From an uncultured Spirochaetaceae bacterium (GTDB taxonomy: Bacteria; Spirochaetota; Spirochaetia; DSM-27196; PWMO01), in NCBI GenBank assembly GCA_964413635.1, contig CAYPTH010000003.1, positions 5,203-64,385 of the forward strand: 59,183 nt of DNA. The letters are read 5' to 3'. Within the stretch, counting starts at the first letter, position 1. Every line of letters begins with the position of its first letter. Made by a program: the position numbers and the translations under genes. Below, one piece after another: positions 1 to 8,228 of the stretch. Under the pieces are notes generated by a model. That model ran no database searches. It was not told the origin of the DNA and saw nothing but the letters and a program-made list of their open reading frames with translations.

Positions 1-148
1 TCCACTCGGCAACCACCGGTGACTCCGTGGAGTCACTTGCCTGCGCACCTGCCTGCGCACCTGCCTGTGCGCCGAGACGGGAGTCCACGCCTATGAAGAG
101 CAAGCACGCGAAGCCGATGACCGCCAGATTTCGCCCGTGCAATTCCAC
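1..148 (-). CDS. 5' end of a minus-strand gene that runs off the left edge. Hydrophobic signal/anchor-like N-terminus followed by (AQAG)x3.
   Basis: Hand translation of the reverse strand from GTG 148-146 gives VELHGRNLAVIGFACLLFIGVDSRLGAQAGAQAGAQASDSTESPVVAEW. The frame is open to position 1, with an in-frame stop upstream at 170-172. There is no ATG, so the start is uncertain (GTG 148 or TTG 142). Confidence 0.25.
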   Translation of the reverse strand, partial: MELHGRNLAVIGFACLLFIGVDSRLGAQAGAQAGAQASDSTESPVVAEW

Positions 149-178
149 TGATTCAGTATAGCACAGAGCTCACTGATG

Positions 179-207
179 TTGACCGACTGTGGCCATCTAA
201 GTACGAT
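179..207 (+). promoter_or_regulatory. sigma70-like promoter TTGACC-N17-TACGAT directly abutting the coaD ATG
   Basis: TTGACC lies at 179-184, followed by a 17-nt spacer and TACGAT at 202-207. Only 6 nt separate the -10 element from the ATG at 214, and there is no Shine-Dalgarno in between. Confidence 0.35.
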
Positions 208-213
208 GCCGGG

Positions 214-693
214 ATGCTTCGAGCGCTCTTTCCCGGCTCATTCGATCCGCCGACAAACGGACATCTCAATATCATTCAACGCTGCGCGGTGATCTACGAC
301 GAGTTGGATGTGGTCATTGCGGTGAATGTGAGCAAACAGTCCACGTTCTCTGCGGAAGAACGATACGAGATGATGAACGAATTGGTGCGCGAGTTTTCCA
401 ACGTCCGCGTTCATCTCTGGGACCGCTTGATCGTCGAGTTCGCCGAGAAAGCCAATGCGAAAATCATGGTCCGCGGAGTCCGTGCCTTGGACGACTTCGA
501 GTACGAGTTTGAGCTATCCATGATCAACAAGGGGCTCAATCCGAATATCGAGACCATTATGATGCCCACGGACCCGCGCTATTTCGTCTTGCGCTCCTCT
601 GCCATCAAGGAGCTCGCCAGGCTCAACGGTGATATCTCGAGCATGGTGCCGGCAACCGTTGCCGAGCGCCTGAAAGAAAAGCTACGGCCCTGA
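214..693 (+). CDS. coaD: phosphopantetheine adenylyltransferase
   Basis: The N-terminus FPGSFDPPTNGHLNII carries the HxGH nucleotidyltransferase motif. Length of 159 aa is typical of CoaD. ATG verified at 214. Confidence 0.95.
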   Translation: MLRALFPGSFDPPTNGHLNIIQRCAVIYDELDVVIAVNVSKQSTFSAEERYEMMNELVREFSNVRVHLWDRLIVEFAEKANAKIMVRGVRALDDFEYEFELSMINKGLNPNIETIMMPTDPRYFVLRSSAIKELARLNGDISSMVPATVAERLKEKLRP

Positions 694-743
694 GACGCCA
701 TGACTGCGGCACCAGAAGGAACCGGTCGGTGACCGACGTTTGG

Positions 744-772
744 TTGACACGACCGCAACGCTATACTAAGTT
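744..772 (+). promoter_or_regulatory. possible sigma70-like promoter for rpmF-acpP (TTGACA-N17-TAAGTT)
   Basis: TTGACA lies at 744-749, followed by a 17-nt spacer and TAAGTT at 767-772, about 30 nt upstream of the rpmF SD GAGGAGGA. The -10 match is weak. Confidence 0.3.
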
Positions 773-803
773 ACGACCATTACGCTGAGGAGGATAAGCC
801 CAT

Positions 804-992
804 ATGGCTGTACCAAAGAAGAAGGCGTCGAAGGCACGCACCCGACGTCGACGCAAAATCAACCGAAAGCTGGCGCTTCCCACGCTTATCACCTCTCCTG
901 AGTCGGGCGAAACCGTTCTCCGACACCGGGTGGATATGAAGTCAGGCTACTACCGGGGACGAAAGATCTTCGACCCTGAAGAACTCGAATAA
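804..992 (+). CDS. rpmF: 50S ribosomal protein L32
   Basis: N-terminus MAVPKKKASKARTRRRR. Length is 62 aa. SD GAGGAGGA lies 9 nt upstream of the ATG at 804. Confidence 0.95.
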   Translation: MAVPKKKASKARTRRRRKINRKLALPTLITSPESGETVLRHRVDMKSGYYRGRKIFDPEELE

Positions 993-1025
993 ACAACGGC
1001 TCAAGCTAACGAGGAGGATAGGCTC

Positions 1026-1262
1026 ATGGACGAACTTTTTGAGAAAATGAAGAAGCTCATCGCTGATAAGCTCGAGGTAGAGGAGAGTAAGATCGCTCTC
1101 GACTCTTCCTTCCGACAGGACCTTGGTGCAGACAGCCTCGACACCTACGAGCTCGTCTACGCTATTGAAGAGGAGATGGGCATCTCGATTCCCGACGAAA
1201 AGGCCAACGAGTTCGAAACCGTTCGCGACGCTCTGGACTATCTCAAGAGCCAGCAGAAGTAA
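1026..1262 (+). CDS. acpP: acyl carrier protein
   Basis: 78 aa with the LGADSLDTYELV phosphopantetheine-attachment motif (DSL). SD GAGGAGGA lies upstream. Confidence 0.95.
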   Translation: MDELFEKMKKLIADKLEVEESKIALDSSFRQDLGADSLDTYELVYAIEEEMGISIPDEKANEFETVRDALDYLKSQQK

Positions 1263-1282
1263 GACGGTTACACGCTTCGCAA

Positions 1283-1302
1283 TGGTCATCTCACAATGAC
1301 CA
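1283..1302 (+). other. perfect 7-bp hairpin (TGGTCAT/ATGACCA, 6-nt loop) in the acpP-rnc spacer
   Basis: Read directly: tggtcat-ctcaca-atgacca. Confidence 0.5.
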
Positions 1303-1319
1303 TGGTTCAATCATTCTAG

Positions 1320-1356
1320 GAGTTCCTCTGAGGCACCTCGGGGGAACTCATTTTTT
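1320..1356 (+). terminator. Rho-independent terminator/attenuator after acpP, immediately before the rnc start
   Basis: The interrupted stem is gagttcc-t-ctgag [gcac] ctcgg-g-ggaactc, about 12 bp. It is followed by a-TTTTTT at 1351-1356. Confidence 0.6.
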
Positions 1357-1369
1357 GTACGCGAGTACC

Positions 1370-2128
1370 ATGAAAGGCCGAAATAGACGTCCCGACGCAC
1401 ACCTCGCACCGCCTGAGGTTAATCCCGATCGGCTGAAAGAGCTTCAACTCTTCGAAAAGCAGGCACAAATTCGCTTCAAGAGTCGAGAGCTCCTCAATCT
1501 TGCATTTTGCCACCGCTCTTTCGCCAACGAGAATGAGCAAATGGACAACAACGAGAAGCTGGAATTCCTCGGGGATTCCGTCCTCGGTCTCGTTGTTGCG
1601 GAGTATCTCTTTGATACCTTGGTTGACCGCCCCGAAGGGGACCTCGCCAAGATCAAGTCTTTCGTCGTGAGTGAAGAGGTTTTGGCCGCCGTGGCTCACG
1701 ATCTGCGTGTGGACAACTTCATTCTCATTGGACGGGGCGAGGAATACTCGGGCGGGCGCACGAAGAAGGCCTTGCTGGCAGACGCCATGGAGGCCATTAT
1801 CGGCGCGTACTTCCTTGATTCAGGGCTGAAGAAATCCCGCAAGTTTATTCTCGAGCAGATTGTACCGGAGATCGATAAGGTCCGAGCAAACCGGCACAAG
1901 AAGGATTACAAGACCCTTCTGCAGGAACACGTGCAGAAGGAGTTCAAGACCTACCCGAAGTACACGCTCATGAAGAAGACCGGTCCCGATCACAGTAAGA
2001 CCTTTTGGATGCAGGTCCAGATCAAAGAACGCAGCTACGGTCCTGGGAAAGGGCAGAACAAGAAAGAAGCGGAGCAGCAGGCCGCACGCCTCGCCTACGA
2101 AGCCCTCACGAAAACCGCCAAGAGCTAA
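1370..2128 (+). CDS. rnc: ribonuclease III
   Basis: Carries the RNase III signature NEKLEFLGDSVL and a C-terminal dsRBD (KDYKTLLQE...GPDHSKTF...GKGQNKKEAEQQAA). The track start at 1355 is a TTG inside the terminator T-tract. The first ATG is at 1370 (MKGRN...). Confidence 0.9.
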   Translation: MKGRNRRPDAHLAPPEVNPDRLKELQLFEKQAQIRFKSRELLNLAFCHRSFANENEQMDNNEKLEFLGDSVLGLVVAEYLFDTLVDRPEGDLAKIKSFVVSEEVLAAVAHDLRVDNFILIGRGEEYSGGRTKKALLADAMEAIIGAYFLDSGLKKSRKFILEQIVPEIDKVRANRHKKDYKTLLQEHVQKEFKTYPKYTLMKKTGPDHSKTFWMQVQIKERSYGPGKGQNKKEAEQQAARLAYEALTKTAKS

Positions 2129-2182
2129 CGGCGCAGCTTCACGGCCACGCCGCTCCCACCGTGTCTCTTCCTAGGTGCTCAA

Positions 2183-3553
2183 TCACGTTCCATGTTCCAC
2201 GTTGATCCGCGACCGGTAGTAGTTCCGGCCTATATTCAAGAGCGTCTCCCGATCATTCTGGTCCGGGTCGTCAAGCACCGTCTCTAAGAGAAAGTCCAGC
2301 ACCTGTCCCAACGCTGGTCCGGCCGGTATCCCTGCCTCCCGCTGTAGATCCCTTCCATTCACGGCGAGATCCCGCAGGGAGAGGGCGGCATCCTCCTGTA
2401 GCACCTCGGATACCCGGTCTTCGAGCTCGTCCAGCGGTGAGCGCTGTGGGGAACGGCCAATCTTGCCGTATGCATCCGCCCGCTGCAGCGCAATGAGGTC
2501 CCACACCGCGTCGGGACCGACGCGGTGCACAAAACGACGGAGTGCCGCGTCGGACCATTGGGGCGTGTAGTGCTGCATATGCGCAGCTACAAGGCGAGTC
2601 ACGTATCGCACCGTCCTCGTCGGAAAGCGCAGGCGGGTGAGGATCTGTTCACACAGTTGTGCCGAGAGCTCGTCATGCCCGTGATAGTGAATTGATCCGT
2701 CCTCTTTTTCGCCCCTCGTATCGGGCTTCCCGATATCGTGTAGGAGCGCCGCAATACGCACCTCCAGACGCTCGCTTGGGGCGCCGTCACAGGCCAAGAG
2801 AAGATGATCCAAGAGGTCGGAGATGACGGCGCCCTCTTGCGGTGTCCCGGCGCATCGATCCAGCTCGGGGAGAACCAGGTCCAGTGTCCCCGAACGGTGC
2901 ATGAGAGAGAGGCCGAGAGAGGGCATCGGAGCTTCCAACATGCGAACGAGCTCGTCCCGAATGCGCTCCACGGCAACGCCGGTCACCCCGTCGCGAGCCT
3001 CAAGCAAGGCGAGGTAGGTCTTTTCATCGATCTCGAACTCCAGTTGTGCGGCAAAACGAAAGGCGCGCATGATCCGGAGGCCGTCCTCCCGCAAGCGCGA
3101 AGCCGGGTCACCAATGGCCCGGACTGTCCGTGCCTGGATGTCTCGCCTCCCACCGAAGGGGTCGTGCAGCCGCCCACTGCTCACATCAATGGCCATTCCG
3201 TTCATGGTGAAGTCACGCCGCGACAGATCTGCGTCGATGTTCGTTTCGAAGTGAACCTCGTCGGGATGGCGGCCATCCGAATACTCCGCCTCGGTGCGGA
3301 AGGTGGTAAGCTCGAAGTTTTCCCCTTTGAACACCACCGTCACCGTTCCATGTTCGATTCCGGTTGGAATGACGCGGTGAAAGAGACGCTGAACCTCCTC
3401 CGGTCGAGCGTCGGTGGCGAGGTCGTAGTCCTTCGGCGCGCTCTTCATGACGAGGTTTCGCACGGCGCCTCCGACCAGGAAGCACTGATACCCCGCCTCT
3501 CGGAGAATCCGCCCAATGCTCTTAACGTTCCGAGGAAGTTGAAAAGCGGCCAT
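2183..3553 (-). CDS. cca: CCA-adding tRNA nucleotidyltransferase / poly(A) polymerase family protein with HD domain
   Basis: Motifs GGAVRNL...DYDLAT and RRDFTMNGMA, plus HD motif LLHDIGKP. ATG verified at 3553. Confidence 0.85.
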   Translation of the reverse strand: MAAFQLPRNVKSIGRILREAGYQCFLVGGAVRNLVMKSAPKDYDLATDARPEEVQRLFHRVIPTGIEHGTVTVVFKGENFELTTFRTEAEYSDGRHPDEVHFETNIDADLSRRDFTMNGMAIDVSSGRLHDPFGGRRDIQARTVRAIGDPASRLREDGLRIMRAFRFAAQLEFEIDEKTYLALLEARDGVTGVAVERIRDELVRMLEAPMPSLGLSLMHRSGTLDLVLPELDRCAGTPQEGAVISDLLDHLLLACDGAPSERLEVRIAALLHDIGKPDTRGEKEDGSIHYHGHDELSAQLCEQILTRLRFPTRTVRYVTRLVAAHMQHYTPQWSDAALRRFVHRVGPDAVWDLIALQRADAYGKIGRSPQRSPLDELEDRVSEVLQEDAALSLRDLAVNGRDLQREAGIPAGPALGQVLDFLLETVLDDPDQNDRETLLNIGRNYYRSRINVEHGT

Positions 3554-3613
3554 TGGGCCATTATCGCAGTGGCATCCGGGGTGTCAACAAAGATCCCGAT
3601 CCGGCGAGGGCCG

Positions 3614-3643
3614 AAAAAAAGGGCAGCCGCAATGCGACTGCCC
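3614..3643 (-). terminator. Rho-independent terminator of flaB
   Basis: The minus strand reads gggcagtcgc-att-gcggctgccc (10-bp stem with one G-U) followed by TTTTTTT. It lies 26 nt after the flaB stop. Confidence 0.75.
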
Positions 3644-3668
3644 TCTCGCAGGATTACCAGCTCTTGCC

Positions 3669-4541
3669 TTACTGCAAGAGCTGCAGCACTGTCTGCGGCT
3701 GCTGGTTTGCCTGTGCCACCATGGCGGTCGAGGACTGGAGAAGAATTTGGTTCTTCGTAAAGTCCACGATCTCGTTTGCCATGTCGACGTCGCGAATCTG
3801 AGACTCGGACGCCTGCAAGTTCTCCGCTCCTACGGCAAGGCCCTCCCGGGCGTGCTCGAGACGGTTCTGATACGCACCCATATCCGCCCGCTGCTTCGAC
3901 ACCTTCTGCAGAGCTGCGTCGATAACACCAATCGAAATGTTGGCGTTGTCGGGGGTAGACAGGGACAGGAACGTTGCCGAGTGCGGCAGCCCCGACGGAC
4001 CCTGAATACCAAGACCCTGACCGGTCATGGTGCCGATGTACACACGCTCGCGCTGGTCCATGTTGGCCCCAATGTGGAACCACATGCTTCCGGTAACCGA
4101 GTTGGTCCCGGTTTCCCGTGCAAAGCGCCCGGTCAGCAAGTTGCGACCGTTGAACTGTGCGTGGGACGAGATGCGGTTCACCTCGTCTACGAGCTGGGAT
4201 ACCTCAACTTGAATGTAGAGGCGGTCCTCAGACGTGTAGATCCCGTTCGAGGCCTGGACTGCGAGCTCCCGCATTCGCTGCAGAATGTCCTGCGTGGACT
4301 GGAGATAGCCCTCTGCAGTCTGAATGAACGAGATGCCGTCAGCGGCGTTGCGCTCCGCCTGGTTCAAACCGCGGACTTGGGCGCGCATCTTCTCCGACAC
4401 GGCCAGACCACTTGCGTCGTCTCCCGCGCGGTTGATGCGCATGCCCGAGGACAGCTTTTCGATGTTGCCGTCCATTTCCAGCGTGTTGAACTTCTGCTGG
4501 CGGTGCGCGAACATCGCGCTCATGTTGTGATTGATGATCAT
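3669..4541 (-). CDS. flaB: flagellin, spirochaete periplasmic-flagellum core type (FlaB)
   Basis: Canonical flagellin N-terminus [15 protein letters not shown]...[24 protein letters not shown] and C-terminus ...[35 protein letters not shown] lies 5 nt upstream of the ATG at 4541. The in-frame ATG at 4625 used by the ORF track would add 28 non-flagellin residues. Confidence 0.95.
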   Translation of the reverse strand: MIINHNMSAMFAHRQQKFNTLEMDGNIEKLSSGMRINRAGDDASGLAVSEKMRAQVRGLNQAERNAADGISFIQTAEGYLQSTQDILQRMRELAVQASNGIYTSEDRLYIQVEVSQLVDEVNRISSHAQFNGRNLLTGRFARETGTNSVTGSMWFHIGANMDQRERVYIGTMTGQGLGIQGPSGLPHSATFLSLSTPDNANISIGVIDAALQKVSKQRADMGAYQNRLEHAREGLAVGAENLQASESQIRDVDMANEIVDFTKNQILLQSSTAMVAQANQQPQTVLQLLQ

Positions 4542-4564
4542 CGTATCCTCCTTGATACGTCGTT

Positions 4565-4582
4565 CCGGACATCCGTGTCCGG
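4565..4582 (-). promoter_or_regulatory. 5'-UTR hairpin of flaB presenting GGA in its loop (candidate CsrA site)
   Basis: The minus strand reads ccggaca-CGGA-tgtccgg, a perfect 7-bp stem. It lies about 24 nt upstream of the GGA-containing SD. Confidence 0.45.
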
Positions 4583-4615
4583 GGTTGTTTCCGACAAACT
4601 GCCGGTCAACTTCAA

Positions 4616-4642
4616 TTCTCGGCATCTGAGATGGCGGCTTGA
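4616..4642 (-). promoter_or_regulatory. candidate sigma28 (FliA)-type promoter of flaB
   Basis: The minus strand reads TCAA-N15-GCCGAGAA, against the consensus TAAA-N15-GCCGATAA (3/4 and 7/8 matches). It lies about 75 nt upstream of the flaB ATG. Confidence 0.4.
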
Positions 4643-4705
4643 GTTTTCGGTTTTGCAGCCGACGAGGAATTGGACAGCGTTCAATAGTCCGGCTACTATG
4701 CGGGA

Positions 4706-5362
4706 ATGGGTCTAGAGGATGGATCGGAGTATCGGAACGTGGACGGTATTGCCGTCATAGGTGGGCGGGCGCCTAGCCGAGAGAAGCTTGCACCGTGGCT
4801 TGGTGCAGAACCGATAATTGTTGCGGCTGATTCCGGCTTGGATACTGCGCGCAGCCTCGGACTGGACCCAGCGCTTATAGTTGGTGACATGGACTCCATT
4901 TCCGACCGGACCATCCTAGAGCGCTATCCCCGCGACCGTGTCCGAGAGGCGGCGCCGGACAAGGACGAAACCGACACCGAGCTAGCGCTGGAAGCGCTGG
5001 CGGAGTTGGGTGCGAGAAGGACCATGATCGCCGGGGGAGGAGGGGGCCGGCTGGACCACGTGCTCGCGATTCTAGCGATTTTCGAGCGAATGCCGCACCC
5101 CGTGGCGTGGCTCACCGACCGGGATGAGGTTGTTGCGGTAGACGAGCACATTTCGGTATCCGCTGCAGATGGTGCGACCATATCCTTCTTCCCCATCGGG
5201 GACGAGCCCTGCAAAATGACCTCGAAGGGACTGAAGTGGCCTTTGGATGACCTATCCTGGTCCCGCGGCGATCACGGCTTGAGCAATGAGTTTGTTGAAG
5301 ATACGGCGACGGTGCGAGTGAAGCGGGGCAGGATTCTGATGATACGTCCCATGGAGATATAG
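4706..5362 (+). CDS. thiN: thiamine pyrophosphokinase
   Basis: Motifs [19 protein letters not shown] and GGGGGRLDH, plus a C-terminal thiamine-binding beta domain. Length is 218 aa. Confidence 0.85.
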   Translation: MGLEDGSEYRNVDGIAVIGGRAPSREKLAPWLGAEPIIVAADSGLDTARSLGLDPALIVGDMDSISDRTILERYPRDRVREAAPDKDETDTELALEALAELGARRTMIAGGGGGRLDHVLAILAIFERMPHPVAWLTDRDEVVAVDEHISVSAADGATISFFPIGDEPCKMTSKGLKWPLDDLSWSRGDHGLSNEFVEDTATVRVKRGRILMIRPMEI

Positions 5363-5364
5363 CG

Positions 5365-7134
5365 GTGTCAGACAAGGCGGGCACCTTTTCCAACCTCGTC
5401 CGCACCCTCTCAGATGAGGAGCGGAAGCGTCTCTACGAGCGCATCACGAAGAGTCTCGGCTACGATGAGACCTCACGTGCGCGAATCTACCCCAGCGAGC
5501 TCCACCGTGAACAGCGGGAATCACTTATCGAACGCGACATTGCACGCCTTCCACTGGGTCTCCGCATTCGCTTCTTCTTTCGAAAGCTCTTTGGCCGCGG
5601 CTCCCCGGAAGACGCCTTTATATCGGTAAAACTCGGCCAGATGAAGCGCCACGTCCAGCGTTCCGGCATCAGCATAGAAGGTCCGGCTCCCGCACGGATT
5701 GGCCCGCAGCTTGCCGTGCGCGTCTTCGCCCTCTACCAAGCCGCCTATCCGATAATCCCGTTCTTCGTTCACATTTGGGATGATCTCGCGGTCTTCCAAC
5801 AAATCGTTCACGAGCCCTTGCGGAGACGGATCCCCGGTGCAAAGTCGAGGCTGGACGACTTCATTCAAGAAGCCGAGCTCGAGAGCATTTACATGAATCG
5901 GCAGAACCATGGAGATCTGCGCAGCGAGGTACAGAATCGTATCGATGATTACATCTCCTCGATTCACGACGATGTCTTGACCCAAATTGCCGAAGGGCTC
6001 ATGCCGCTCTACTACCTTCGCGACGTCTGCCTCTTCGATTATCATCGCTTCTTCCACGCATTCGGCGCAATCATCGGCAGCGAGCCACCGACGGAGATCC
6101 CGAACTTCCAAGCTGCTACCGGACAGGCCGTCCTTCCCCAGCTCGACGACCTCTATTACGCCCTCTACGCGGCCGGAAAGGCGAGGGAAAGCACCGGCAT
6201 TCACGCGGAAATCCTGGAAGCCTACGAGGCAATTCACGCTTCGGAGCTTGGAGAGGAAGCGGACGGCTCGGAGGCAAAGCGTCTGAGTGATGGGATCGAA
6301 GCGGTCAAGAATGCGACCTCTCAGTTTGATGCGCGGACTCCCATTGACGACATGATCCGGTTCTTGGAGGAGGACCCCTATTACCGGTTCATTGTCTACG
6401 TACCGAAGCTCAATCTGAAGGAGTTCTACCACAACGCCTTAAAGGTGAGCGTCCTCTCCGAGCTCGACCAACGCTTTCCGGATATCCGAGCAGGCACGGT
6501 ACGACGCATGATCGAGTCGATCTTCGGCAAAGAGCCACCCGACTTCGCCCACTTTCGCGAAAGCGTACCGGACAGTCTATCCAAGCTCGGCCTCCGCGGC
6601 TTCAGTCACGTGAAGTCCCTGAACATCCTGTACAACTACATTCACCAGATTTACCGCAACCGGCACCAAGATTTCGTTCGCTCAATCGGGGAGCTCTTAC
6701 CAACGCGGCGCAAGAGCGTTGCCAACGACTTGGCATTTCACTCAGCCGAAATTGAAGACATGGTTGAGAAGATCCGCTCATTTGATTACAGCTTCTCCCC
6801 GGAAGGTGACAATGGAAAGCGCCTCTACCGGCTGCGATACGCCGTGGAACGAGACGCCAGTCAGCACCGACTCTTTCAGGAGTTCGTGACGCAGATCAAC
6901 CGTGAAGCGTCGAGCCTGACGCGGGAAGGGGTCGAGCATCTCCAAGGCCTGGAGCGCATTTTCCGTGAGCTCATTTCCGACCTTCCCTCCGGACTTGCGG
7001 ACCAGTTTCGGCGGCGATTCGCCGGACTGGAGCGACCGCCCGCCCTCGACGCGTTGTTGAAGGAGCGGGTGGTCGACTTCGCAAATGTGGCCCGTTTGGT
7101 GGCGACGCTTCTCGCGATCGAAAGCGAGAGCTGA
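5365..7134 (+). CDS. conserved hypothetical protein, predicted all-alpha, 589 aa
   Basis: Long ORF with coding-like composition. GTG start lies 2 nt after the thiN stop. I recognise no catalytic motif. Confidence 0.7.
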   Translation: MSDKAGTFSNLVRTLSDEERKRLYERITKSLGYDETSRARIYPSELHREQRESLIERDIARLPLGLRIRFFFRKLFGRGSPEDAFISVKLGQMKRHVQRSGISIEGPAPARIGPQLAVRVFALYQAAYPIIPFFVHIWDDLAVFQQIVHEPLRRRIPGAKSRLDDFIQEAELESIYMNRQNHGDLRSEVQNRIDDYISSIHDDVLTQIAEGLMPLYYLRDVCLFDYHRFFHAFGAIIGSEPPTEIPNFQAATGQAVLPQLDDLYYALYAAGKARESTGIHAEILEAYEAIHASELGEEADGSEAKRLSDGIEAVKNATSQFDARTPIDDMIRFLEEDPYYRFIVYVPKLNLKEFYHNALKVSVLSELDQRFPDIRAGTVRRMIESIFGKEPPDFAHFRESVPDSLSKLGLRGFSHVKSLNILYNYIHQIYRNRHQDFVRSIGELLPTRRKSVANDLAFHSAEIEDMVEKIRSFDYSFSPEGDNGKRLYRLRYAVERDASQHRLFQEFVTQINREASSLTREGVEHLQGLERIFRELISDLPSGLADQFRRRFAGLERPPALDALLKERVVDFANVARLVATLLAIESES

Positions 7135-7139
7135 CGCTT

Positions 7140-8009
7140 CTACTGGCCCTGAGGCGCCGCCTGACTCGGAACCGCGATACCGAGCTCTTGAATGTTCAAG
7201 GGATCGAATCCGTTCTCAGCGAGGAGATTGAAGTACTCCAACAGAGATGGGTACTGCGCCAGCACGGAACCGTAGCGTTCCAGCCGCGCCACGCGACTCT
7301 CCTGCTCGATCTGACGAGAGGCGGTATCCACTCCGACCGTCGCGATTGCCTCTGACCGTGCATCCAAGCGGGCGAAATAGAGGTCGCGGGCTCGTCGGTA
7401 GAGTCGGAGATCGGGAAGAGTGAGCTCTTGTGGGACCACCGAGGTAACCACCAGGAATGGAAAAATCTCTTCCAGGCTCTCCTCAATTCGCGGGGATAAC
7501 TCCGCCGTAACCGAGGCGATACCCTGGCTTTCCGCAATGGCCTCGAGGTTCTCAGAGACAATACCCAGAATCTGCTGCTTCATTGCCTCTTCCCGGCCGG
7601 CGTACCATTCGTTCAGACCCTCCGGAGTTATCGACTCCTCTTCGAGCAACTCGGGCAGCCGTTCCGCCGCAAAGCGGTATCCAACCCGAATGCGGAGGGA
7701 ATACTCGAATGACGGCGCCTCCTCCAGCTCTTGCCGATATATTGACGCCGACGGCAGTGACCCGCGCGAGGATATGCTGGTGGTGTAGGGAGCGTCGCTA
7801 TATATGTGGAGCTTCAGATTCGTCGGAATCAACGCCTCCCAGCGCCATGCAAACTCCCCGGCGGGGATCGCTTGCGACTCGTATCCCTTGGTTTTGGTAA
7901 AGACGACTGCGTGGCTTCCCTCGGGAATGCGGAATTGAATCCACCCGAAGTAGAAGGCAACGCCCCCGACGATGATCAGAAGGATCACGGAAACTACGAA
8001 CTTTCTCAT
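7140..8009 (-). CDS. membrane-anchored hypothetical protein (N-terminal TM helix, possibly degenerate SPFH/band-7-like)
   Basis: N-terminus MRKFVVSVILLIIVGGVAFYFGW, then IPEGSHAVVFTKTKG. SD AGGAGA lies upstream of the ATG at 8009. It is convergent with the 589-aa gene. Confidence 0.7.
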   Translation of the reverse strand: MRKFVVSVILLIIVGGVAFYFGWIQFRIPEGSHAVVFTKTKGYESQAIPAGEFAWRWEALIPTNLKLHIYSDAPYTTSISSRGSLPSASIYRQELEEAPSFEYSLRIRVGYRFAAERLPELLEEESITPEGLNEWYAGREEAMKQQILGIVSENLEAIAESQGIASVTAELSPRIEESLEEIFPFLVVTSVVPQELTLPDLRLYRRARDLYFARLDARSEAIATVGVDTASRQIEQESRVARLERYGSVLAQYPSLLEYFNLLAENGFDPLNIQELGIAVPSQAAPQGQ

Positions 8010-8228
8010 GGTGTTTCTCCTATGCTGAGCGAAGTTACGACCGCGTCGGGACGAGCTCTCTGGGCAATTCCGTCATCCTCCCGAAGGCCGAGGCGAGGGC
8101 AAGTCGCTCAACTGCCGTGCGTGATGCTCCTCGATTGCGGCGATGCACCAGCGTGTTGTCCATGCTTCCTGCATGGTACGGGCAGCCCCGTTTCAATGCA
8201 AGTACGAGGTATTGTATCCTCTGAGCAC

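Noticed and set aside
729-748. A possible coaD terminator (gtcgg-tga-ccgac followed by gtttggtt)
   Set aside because: The stem is only 5 bp and the T-tract is weak and interrupted. That is not enough to call.
2804-3760. A 318-aa plus-strand ORF antisense to cca
   Set aside because: It is codon-aligned with cca (2804-2183 = 621 = 3x207). Its composition is Arg/Gly/Pro-rich, and no independent signals support it. The same explanation covers 5521-6432 (antisense to the 589-aa gene), 30130-30993 (mazG), 35778-36632 (sigma54 activator) and 56974-57906 (lptF/G). I checked each of these and all are in the codon-aligned antisense frame.
3747-4715. A 322-aa plus-strand ORF almost exactly antisense to flaB
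   Set aside because: - It is codon-aligned with flaB: 3747-3669 is divisible by 3. Antisense stops can therefore arise only where flaB uses TTA, CTA or TCA, and this GC-rich genome avoids those codons.
- The product is Arg/Val/Leu/His-rich and low in complexity.
- There is no SD, and the ORF spans the flaB promoter region.
- It is a classic shadow ORF.
7806-8228. An N-terminal extension of the small membrane protein ORF (the track ORF is 7806-8597)
   Set aside because: - The extension overlaps the 5' end of the divergent gene 7140-8009.
- It then crosses the 219-nt intergenic region with Arg/Ser/Pro/Cys-rich, non-protein-like composition and no SD.
- Only the hydrophobic C-terminal 122 aa look real.
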